From the NCBI RefSeq assembly GCF_000142905.1, contig NW_013657652.1, forward strand, positions 325,114 through 389,113: a stretch of 64,000 nucleotides of DNA. The letters run 5' to 3'. The DNA comes from Thecamonas trahens ATCC 50062. Its lineage: Eukaryota; Protista; Apusomonadida. Shown in pieces: positions 45,404-55,222 of the stretch; within the stretch, counting starts at the first letter, position 1; each line of letters opens with the position of its first letter. The notes under the pieces were generated by a model. It did not search any database. It saw nothing but the letters and a program-made list of their open reading frames with translations, and was not told where the DNA came from. The position numbers and the translations under genes were made by a program.

Positions 45404-46573
45404 ATGCAATACGTCTGGTCGTCGGTCTCGGCCACCCTCGGCCTGCTCGACCTGCTCGCCACACGCTGGGCGCGCGAGCCGTTCTTATCGGACGGCCCGG
45501 GCTGCGAGCACGCCTTCGACGCCTGCTTCGACCTGCTCACCCGCGACATGGCTGCTGCCCCGCCCCCGCTGCCGCCTTCCGACGAACTCGCAATCTCCTG
45601 GGGGCCTGCCGGTGGTCTCATCCATCACGGATCGGCGCTCTGCCTCCGCATCTCCTTCTCCACTCCCGCCTCGCCGCTGCTCGAGCCCGGTACCGGCGCC
45701 GCCGTCGTTGACGTTGTCGTCCCCTGGCCGCCCACCGATGCCGACGCTCACCTCGCGCCGCCGCCGCACGACGCCGAGCCGAGTGTGCTCGCTGACGCCC
45801 TCGCCGCCGGACTTGCTGCCCGTCCCATCGCCATCCTGTGCCCTATGACGGGCGACATCGGGCCCGAGCTCCGCATCTCCAAGTATTCTGCGCCGCTTGC
45901 CGCCGCCGGCATCTCGTCGGCTATCATCAACGCGCCGTACTACGGTGACCGCCGGCCTCCCGGCTGGACCGGCTCCTACGGCGTGCCGACCGTCGAGGCC
46001 ATGATGGCCCAGGCAACAGGCGTCATCGTCGAGGCCCTCGCCACTGCGCAATGGGCGCGCTCTACCGGCGCCTCGGCCGTCTGCTACGCCGGCGTCTCGT
46101 GGGGCGGCGCCATGTCGTCGATGGCAAACCTGCTCGACCACGACTCGTCGGCCGTCGTCACCACCGCCGGCTCGCACTCGCCAGCGCCGGCCTTTGTTGA
46201 CGGCGCCATGGCCCGGTCCGTCCCTTGGGACGCCCACGGCGGCAAGTCCGAGGACAACCTCATGGTCGTCCTCCTCCGCCGCATCTCTACTACCATGGTC
46301 ACCGAGTTTCCGGCCAAGGCCACCGGCGCCGCCCGGGTCATCCGCCACATCTCAGCTCCGCATGATCACTACATCCCTCGTGACTCGTCCCTCCGCCTCT
46401 TTGACTCGCTCGTCAACGCGCCCGGAACCGTCGAGAGCGCCCGCGTCGAGGTCCTCGGCGGCCACGCCAGTACTGTCCTCTTTTACACCTCTACACACGT
46501 CGACGCCATCCTCGACGCCCTCGCCGCGCTCAAGCGCACAACTGCGGCTACCGCTTCGCCAACAGCAGATTGA
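45404..46573 (+). CDS. ABHD18 (DUF2048)-like alpha/beta hydrolase
   Basis: MTGD, NAPYYGDRRP, nucleophile elbow GVSWGG, A.HDHYIPR, GGH. Confidence 0.8.
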   Translation: MQYVWSSVSATLGLLDLLATRWAREPFLSDGPGCEHAFDACFDLLTRDMAAAPPPLPPSDELAISWGPAGGLIHHGSALCLRISFSTPASPLLEPGTGAAVVDVVVPWPPTDADAHLAPPPHDAEPSVLADALAAGLAARPIAILCPMTGDIGPELRISKYSAPLAAAGISSAIINAPYYGDRRPPGWTGSYGVPTVEAMMAQATGVIVEALATAQWARSTGASAVCYAGVSWGGAMSSMANLLDHDSSAVVTTAGSHSPAPAFVDGAMARSVPWDAHGGKSEDNLMVVLLRRISTTMVTEFPAKATGAARVIRHISAPHDHYIPRDSSLRLFDSLVNAPGTVESARVEVLGGHASTVLFYTSTHVDAILDALAALKRTTAATASPTAD

Positions 46574-49500
46574 GCTCCGACGACGAATGCGCGAGAAGAA
46601 CCTCGTCGTTGCGCCGCTCCAGCTCGCCCAGATTGGCATACGTAAAGTTAGAGAACGGGTCGTCGTCCTCACCGTCGTTGAGAATGTCCGCTAGCGTCGG
46701 CCCGTGCTCAGCCTCAGCGTGCGCTGCCGCCACAAACGACGCGCCTGCTGCCGACGAGTTGATGCCGCGCGCCTCAGACTCAAAGTACGACGTGTCCAGC
46801 GCAGATGCGGGCTTGGGCCGGAACGGCATCGGCTGGTCCATCAAGCTCTCAAACTCGATAGAGGCAAAGAACGGTGCCGCACGCACGTCCGCCCCGCCCG
46901 CAGAGCCGAGCCGCTCCGACGGGTCCACACGGAGCAGTGCCTCGATGAGTGCCCGCGCATCGGCTGAGATCTCGTTGTCAAACCACTCAATCCGCACGTT
47001 GAGAATGTTGTCAAAAATGAGGTCGAGCGAGTTGTCGTTGAACGGCGGGACGCCAAACAGAAACTCGTACAGCAGCACGCCGATAGCCCACCAGTCAGCC
47101 GCCGCCCCGTGCCCAGTCCCGAGCAAGATCTCTGGGGCAAGGTAGTCGGGCGTGCCCACCACGCCCGACGACCGCAGTTGGACCTCGGTCTCCGCCAGCG
47201 GGTTTGTCGAGAACTCGCCTTGCAGCCGGTACGCCGACCGCTTCGGCGCCCCGCCCGCAGACGACTCGGCGTTGAGTGTGTCGATGACTCCGAGCTGAGA
47301 GAGGCCAAAGTCGGTGAGCTTGATGTGGCCCTGGGCGTCGATGAGGATGTTGTCCGGCTTGAGGTCGCGATGGATGATGCCACGGGAGTGCAAGTGCTCT
47401 AGTGCGAGCACAACTTGCGCAATGTACAGCCGTGCGAGGTCCTCCGAAAAGTAGCCCAGCGACTCGAGCAGTGTTCCCATGTCGCCGCCGATCAAGTACT
47501 CCATCACCAGGTACAGGTACGACTTGGTCTGGAAGGAGTAATACAGCCGAACAACAAACGGGTTGTGTGTCACGGCCATGATGTTGCGCTCGGCGTAGAC
47601 CGAGTCGACCAGGTTCTTCTTCACCACGTCATCCTTCTTCAGCACCTTGATGGCGTACAAGTCGCCCGTCCGCTTCTTGCGCGAGAGAAAGACCCGCCCA
47701 AAGCCACCCTTGGAGATCTGCTTGATAATGCTAAAGTCCTTGATCGATGGCACCAGCGCCTCGCGCTGGCTTGGGCGCGTCTTGGCCACCCCGGCCACGC
47801 GCTTGGTAGGCGTGAGCGCGGAGAGCTGCGACGAAATCATCTGCCGCTCCCGGCACGCTCCCAGTTTCTCCTCCAGCAGCTTGGCCACCCGCGCCGCAAA
47901 CGTCCGCACATCCTGCGCCAGCGGGCAGCCTTCGCCACTTATTCGCTCCTGCAGTCGCGCTAGTTGCTCGAGCAGGCCCTCGAGCGCGCCAACCACGTCG
48001 TCGTCGTCGACCTTGAGCGCGGCGCCCTCACGCGCGATGACTTGTAGCATTTCGACGTCGGAAATGAGCTCCACCTCGGACACGGTCGACGTCGGGTGCG
48101 CGCTTCCGCGCTGCAGCGTCTGCGCCAGCCGCTGCAGCCGCATGTCACACGACGCCCTCTTGAGATCCGCCTTGGACGCCACCACGCACACTCGCGAGTG
48201 AACCTCCAGCTCCGACGACGAGACCAGCTCTTCGCAAATCCGGCAGAGGAGGAACGACTCGCGCTCGACTTCGATGCCAACTTGCGTCTCGTCGCCGCTT
48301 CCAGCACTCCTGGTCTCGGCCTCGGGCGTACGCTTCTTCCAAAAAACGACGAGACCCGCGAGAAGAAAGACTTGCCGCGAGTCCCGCTCCCGCTACCGCT
48401 ACCGCCGGGCGCCTCGGGCTCGGGCGACTCGCTGCAGGGCTCTCCGCTGGCCGGGCGAGTCTCACCGATCGTGCCCGGGCTCGGCGTCCGGCTCTCGGCG
48501 AGCATGGTGTCGAGGTCATCAGTCCCGAGGCTGGCAATCGCCCGCGACATGTCGTCTTCGGGATCCGAGTCCATGCCGGTCAGTGACGAGAGCACCGACT
48601 CGGACGGCTCCTCGGTCGGACCCGACTCGGAGACCGACGAGCCGTCGGTCGCCAGCGGGTGTGCGGCCTGGGTAAAGTGGTAGAAGAAGAAGCCATCAAT
48701 GAACGGCTGCTCGTTGACAACGTGCTCCACAAGGCCGCGCCGCAACAGTTCCTCGCCTACCCTTGTTGCCTCGGCCCGCTTGAGCCCGAGCTCGATGCCA
48801 AGCCATGAGACCAGGTCCGAGCCCACAAAGCAGTTTGGATACTTGCGGAGATGATACCGCCGGTCCTTAATCTCCACGCCAATGAGCGGGTTAGCGAGCT
48901 TGTGCACAAGTAGCTCGTAGTTGAGGTCTGCCGGCACGAGCTCGTCCATGCCCGAGTCGGCATCGATACTAACAATCGGCACAAAGTGGAGATCGCTCGC
49001 CGCGCTGCTTCCTGGCGTGCCGTCGCTAGCTCGGACAAGCGGAGCTGAGCCCATGCTGCCCGGCAGCGTGTCGAGAAACCGCGACGGGAGCGAGGCGGCC
49101 AGCTCGGTCGACGACGCCGTCGTCATTGCACGTAGCTTGCGTGGCGTGTACGAATACAGGTCCTCGCTCTCGCCGAGCCCGTCAGTCGACGTCAGCGAGC
49201 TGACCCCACCGTGGATGGTGGCGCCCGAGCCCGAGCTCCGCAGCGCTCGCGCCGACGCTATCCGCCGGCTCACCTCGCTCTCGCCACCAATCGATGCCAC
49301 ACACTCGGACAAGTTGGAAATCTGGAGCTGGGGGTGCATATGCCACGTGGCTGACAGCTCCGACCCCGAGTCCGAGGCAGAGCTGCAGCTGTCGTCAAAG
49401 CCGCCAAGCGACGAGCTTGACGACGAGAGCTCGATGGCGTGTGGCGGTCCCGCGCTTGTCTGTGCCCTTCCACGCGCACTGCTAGCGTCTGCGTCTTGCG

Positions 49501-51061
49501 CCGCAAGCAGGCGTGAGACCGGCGCCAGAATGAGTAGAAACTTCGTAACAAAGGCCGAAAGCTGGGTCACCTGACGCGCCGTCGCCGGCGCAGGAATCTC
49601 GAGTCGCAAGTCCTGCGCTCGGCTCACCACACCCTGGCACTCAGCCAAGCTCAGCTGCGACGCAGACAGGTCGCGCAGCTCGATGGCCAAGCTAGTCAGC
49701 TGTGCAATCCAAGCCTCAATGCCCGGTTCGACCGGTGCCGAACTCGTTGCGCAGGCCTCGGCGTCCGTCGCCGGACTCGCCGCCCGCGACGATGCCGAGG
49801 CACGGAGTGCTGTAATGAGCGACGACTCGACCGGCTGTGAATTGCCGCGCGAAGCGTCCGAAACGGCCAGCGCCCGTGGACGCGTCACCACCGAGTCGTG
49901 CTGTTTGCCCTTGCCAGGGCTTCCCATGTGCATCAGTCGCACAAAGGTGTCGAGCTGCGCGTTCATCCGCGACTTTTCCATGGCCAGCATCGAATCCAGG
50001 GGCGCCTGCGACAGTGCCGGCACATCTGGCCGTGAAGCCGAACCTAGGTACGCATCAAAGGCGCCCAGGGACTCGCGAACCCGCTGCTTGGTAAGCGCAG
50101 AGAGTGTGCCGCCGCCGCCGTCGCCTCGGTCCACGCCATGCAGCGAGCCGAGGCGAGCACGGACCACGCCGCCGCGCTCCTTGGCCCCGGCCGCCGCCAT
50201 GGCATTCCGTCTCTTGGCCCTTACCAGCTCCTCTCCGTATCCGCGCGGCGAGTGAGCCGCCACCGCCGTCTCGGACATCGCCGACGCCAACGTAGCTGTG
50301 TCTGGCGGCTGCGGCGGTCTTCGGGGCGAGCCTGCGGGGGTAAAGTTCGGCGAGATGGGCGACGAGGCTGACTCTCCCGAGCTTGAATCTGTGTCTGACC
50401 CTACGTCCGGGACCTCCACCCGTGACTGCGTGGCAGTGTGTGGCCAACGCGGTGTGAGTGGGAGGAGGGGTCAGGGGGGGGGGGGGGGAAGCAGGACAGT
50501 GGAAGGGCTGATCACAGCAGTGCGGGGGTAGAGCGGGCGCCACGCATGCATGTAGCCATGGAAAAGGAATGCCTTCTCGGAGGATTCAGGTCGTGGGGGA
50601 GGGGGGGGAGGGGGGGGGTATGGTGGTGTGNNNNNNNNNNNNNNNNNNNNNNNNNNNNNNNNNNNNNNNNNNNNNNNNNNNNNNNNNNNNNNNNNNNNNN
50701 NNNNNNNNNNNNNNNNNNNNNNNNNNNNNNCTGGTTAGATTTCCGGAGTTTATTTTTATTTTATTATTTTTATGTGGCGCTAACTAGCAACGTGGCTAGT
50801 TCGCGTTCTTTACCCCCCCCCTTTGTTGGCCATGCCTTCTTGGGGAGTGAGCGGGAAACCAACAATTTCAAGGTCCCTTTTCACCAGTCCGGCGTTAATG
50901 GGGCGGCCCCCCTGGCCAGTACCCATGAAAAACAAATCTTTTTTGGGATTTTCCCGTCCTTGGGTTAGGGGGGAGAGGGGGGGGGGGGTAGTGTTGGTTT
51001 TTGGGGGGGGGGGGGAGGGAGGGGGGGGGGCACGTACCCTGGTCACCAAGTTGATGTCCAT
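46548..51061 (-). CDS. Rim15/Greatwall/IRE-like AGC kinase with DEP domain and C2HC zinc finger; predicted intron 50426-51037, frame break near 48340
   Basis: PSIKDFSIIKQISKGGFGRVFL, HRDLKPDN, LTDFGLS, insert before VGTPDYLAPE, DTSYF; CRICEE..LEVHSRVC; DEP IKDRRYHLRKYPNCFVGSDLVSWL. Exon 1 MDINLVTR|GTACGT splices in phase to CGCAG|TCA. Confidence 0.88.
50631..50730. other. Assembly gap (N run)
   Basis: 100 N inside the predicted kinase intron. Confidence 1.
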
Positions 51062-51371
51062 GACGAGGGAGGGTGGAGGTGGCGAGGAGGAGGGAGGTAA
51101 GGTGAAGTGGTGTTGGCGGTGGAATGTTAAAATGCAAGGAGGAAAAGTGGGGCTGGACCGGCCACCGCTGGGCACCTCACGACCTGGAAGTCAACCATCA
51201 TCGAGTTGTTCAATTTGAGACGCGCGACAACGCGTCCGAACGAGCGAACCTTTAAGGGTTATGGAGCGCTGAAACATCCATCACTGCTTGCTTGCCTGGC
51301 AAAGAAAGGTCAGCCAGGACAGCCAGCTTGGATGACAATAAGGGAAGGGGGGGGGGGGGGGGGGGGGGGGG

Positions 51372-54300
51372 CTACAGGTCGAGTAGCTCGAGGATCTCCG
51401 GGTTGGTTGTCATGTCGCGGGCGTTCTGGCCGGCAGCGTTGGTTTCGTCGGGATCTGCGCCGGCCATGATGAGTAGCTTGACCATGGGCAGGTTGTTGCG
51501 GAGCGTGGCGATGTGGAGCGGGGTCACACCCTGCAAGTTGGGAATGTCGACCGAGGCGCCGCGGGCGATGAGGTACTTTGCGACGTCGAGCCGCGAGTCG
51601 ATAACCACGTAGTGGAGAGCCGAGTTTCCGCGGGCGTTGACATCGTCGATGTCGACGCCGGCGTCGAGCAGGTCCTTGACCTTGCGGACCGGCGTACCGG
51701 GTCTGCCGTCACGGTCCAGTGCAGCCTCGATGAGCTGGGTGATGGGAAGCTTTCCCGACTTGGGAGCTGCGGCAGCGGAGGCGGGCGCGGTGGGGGCGGC
51801 TGCCGCCGGCGGAGCTGTGGGCGGTCCCGGCGGCGATGCGCCGGTACCTGCGTCGGTGAGGCGGACGCCGAGCGAGTTGGAGCGGACCCGCGCCGATGCC
51901 GACTGGCTCCGCAGCCGCTCGATGGGGGAAGCGGCCGACGGCAGCATGCTGTCTGGTGCCGACGCCGCCGTCAGCGTTGTCGGTGTTGTCGGCGAGGCGG
52001 AGAGGAGCTGTGAGGGCATGCGCGAGCGGCGACGCTTGGACCGCGACGAGCCCGAGATGTCCATCGAGAGTGACCCAGTCCGGCTGCGAGCGTCCAGGAC
52101 GTCGGAGCCGGGTGCGCTGAGGGCGGGTGCATCGGCGTCGCCGGATCGGCCGGCGGTCGTCGCCACACTTAGGTCGATGCCGGCGCGGACATGGTTGATG
52201 CGAGCGGTGAGACGGGCCAGGCCCGGGTCGTCGGCGGTGAGCTCTAGAAGGTTCTCGGCCGAGCGAGCCCGTGAGGCCTTGTGGACAGCCGAGACCGACT
52301 TGGAGGCGCGGGCGAGCGAGTCTGCGGTCGAGGCAAAGACGCGCGGCCGGCGGCCAAGCGACTTGAAGCGTGTGGTGTCATCCTTGGAAATGGAGCCTGC
52401 GGCATGGGCTTCGCGCGGCTCGATGTCGAGCGACCAGTCATAGGTGGTGTCGTCGTCGGCACCGTCAAGGTGCGAGAGCCAGAGCTTGATCTGTGGCACG
52501 GTCTCGAGGGCAAACGGAATCGCCTGGTAGGTGAGCATTTCGTGGATGATCGAGGCAACCTTGGAGTGCTTCTCAAAGTTGATGAGGCCGTCAAGCACGT
52601 CCGGGTTGCCCTCATGGATAAAGGTGAGGTCGGTGAGGTACATGCCGATGAAGGGAATGCACGGCGGGACAACATGCTTGAGGTAGTTGCGCAGGTTACG
52701 ATACGAGCCCTTAAAGTCGAGCAGCTCACGGAGCTCGGTGAGGGTCTCGTTCGACTTGCGGTCGAGCTTGGCCCAGGTAAACTTGAGCCGCTTGACCGAG
52801 TTGTTGGAGAAACCGGACATGACGGCCTGGAGAGCGTTGAGGTTGCCCATGTCGCGGAACTTGGCCGCCAGCGCCACAAAGTACTTGACAGCCTTGACCC
52901 GGTCCTTGAGCTGGAACCGGCGGGTGATTTCGGTGACGACCCAGAGCGACATGGCGTTGAACCGGCGGATGAGGCCGAGCACGTTGGGGGCGAGCTCCTC
53001 CTTTCCCTTTTTGGACCAGGCGAGGCCAAGCAGCTCCTTGGGCTGGATCTTGGAGTACAACGCGTACTCGAGGAGTGTCTCCTGGCGGGCAAACTCGACA
53101 ATGGGCAGGTCGTCGACCTCGAACGAGTTGAGGTCGCGCGGGAGCTCGGGCGTGGGGCGGTTGCCCGAGCCGGAGCCCATGCCGCGAGCAGCCGACTCGA
53201 CCACCTCGAGGTTGAAGCGGAAGAGCTGAAAGTTGTCGTCAAACGGAATGTTGGCGTCGCCCGAGACGTGGGTGATGAAGCCGGCCGAGAGGATCTGGGC
53301 GCCGACGGCGACTGCGTTCTCGCGCGAGGCACAGACACCGGCGTGGAAGAGGTAGTCGACCGCATCTTGGCCCTGGAAGCAGAGGCCGACCGATTTCATC
53401 CGCCACTTGGCCTCGCGCTGCTCGACGTTGGTCTCCAGCAGCCGCACAATGTCAAGCAGGTGCATGTTGAGCGTCTCGTCGGCAACGCCGGCCTGGTACT
53501 GCGCCTGCATCTCGGCGACCTTGTCACCAAAGCCGGCCTCGGAGACGACCGAGAGAAAATACGCGAGCATGCACTCGAGGATGGGATCATCCAGAAAGTC
53601 GCGGACACCCAGCCCGATCCAGCGGGCGAGGACCTTGACGACTCGCGCGCGGACGTTGTCGCGGATGGTCGTCTGCCACTCGGCAAGTGCGCTGCTGTCG
53701 CCGCCAAGCACCGCCGGCAGCGGGAGGTTGAACCGCGCAAAGAGCGCCGCGAGAAGGTCGACCGGTGAGGTGAACGAGCGGTATGTGAGGAGAAAGAACT
53801 TGGAGAACTCGGCGTCGTCGAGCGCGGAACGGTCCGCCCGCGAGAATGTGAGCCTGTCGAGCAGCTTGTCGAGCGAGGCCAGCCGCGGCGCGCCAGCATC
53901 GTCGATGATCAGATCGTCGCATTCGTGGTCATCAAAGTATGCAGCCTTTTGTAGCTTGGCCCGCTCTTCGGCGAGAACCGTCTGCGACGATGTGGCGTCG
54001 ATGGCCGATTCAAACTCGAGGCCGTAAACAGTCGGGCCTGGGCCGGCGAGAATACCGGTGCCCCCGGCCACCTGAGCGGCGTCACCGAGCGCAGGCGCCG
54101 CCTTGAATAGCAGCCATGAGCTGTCCCTTGGCGGTGTAGCTTCATCCGCCGGTACCGGTGCCGAGACGTCGGTCACAAACAGGACGTCGCCACCGCTGGC
54201 GTCAGCGGCCGAACCGCGGAGCCAGACATGGTCGCGCGCCGGCAGGAGCTCAAGCTGAAGCTCAAGCACGGCGCCACTGCGGACAATCGGGGTGAACGAG

Positions 54301-54730
54301 CCGTCAGGAGAGCCGATGTGAAGCTTGGCGCAAAATGTATCGCGCGGATCGATGCCGTCGAGGAGCGGGGGAAAGCGGTGGAATGAAGCGCGCTTGCCAA
54401 CTGGCTCTGCGGCGACGCCTCGTCGTCACCATACTCGGAAAGCTCGTCCTCGGTGATCGAGTCACACGACGAGAGCGCGTCCAGCGTTCGCGGCGTTGAT
54501 GTGACTGACGAGCCTGGTCCGCCAGACGCGCCCGGGAGCTCGAGAATGCCAGCCTGGGCCAGAGCTGGCTCGGCGTCGCCTGCATCTGTATCGGCAGCAG
54601 GAGCCGTGGTGGCCGGAACCGGTGCGACCGCAGCAGCAGCAGTGTGTGTGGCAAGACCAACCGGTGGCGGTGGTGTGGGTGCCTGGGTCGGTGCCAGCGA
54701 TGCCAGCCATGACGAGAGTTTGGGGTCCAT
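51372..54730 (-). CDS. Ras guanine nucleotide exchange factor: REM + DEP + CDC25 + ankyrin repeats; frame break near 54340-54425
   Basis: ASLDKLLDRL, FLLTYRSFTSP (REM); CFQGQDAVDYL..PFDDNFQLFRF (DEP); PPCIPFIGMYLTDLTFIHEGNPD..INFEK (CDC25); GNSALHY, GVTPLHIA (ANK). Start taken at MDPKLSSWL. Confidence 0.9.
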
Positions 54731-55222
54731 GGTCTCCCCTGCGTTGCAAAGTTCACACACCCAAGGTCAGGCCAGAGTGGGGCGCGGGTAAAAGGCGAGA
54801 GCTATCCCACAACGAGTGTGAAGGAGGAGGAGGAGGGGGGTAGGGAGTAGGGGGGTAGGGGGGGGGGGCGGAGAGGGGGGAGGGGGGGAGGAGTGGCCGT
54901 ACTGTGGTGTGGGTGAAGACGGAGGGGGGGGGGGAGGGGGAGGGGGCGGGGAGTTGCTTCCTGCTGGCACCGCACCTGACGGACAGCTGGGAGTTGATGC
55001 ATATTTTGGGGCCCAAAAAAAGGACTGTGTGGTGGAGAAGGAACGAACGAGGTTTGTGGGGGTGGCCGGTGGAGAGACAGGTCGCGACCGATTCGGAGCG
55101 ACCCGAAGAGAATGGGGAGGGGGGGTTGGGGAAATGGAAGGGAAGGGGAGGAGGGGGAGGGAGGGGGGAAAGCACACCTCGCTCATAACACAGAGCAAAA
55201 GACTCGAGGACAGCAAGTAGCA

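Noticed and set aside
50731-51030. AT-rich island next to the gap as a possible foreign insert
   Set aside because: Contig-edge sequence full of homopolymer runs, probably a low-quality read end within an intron.
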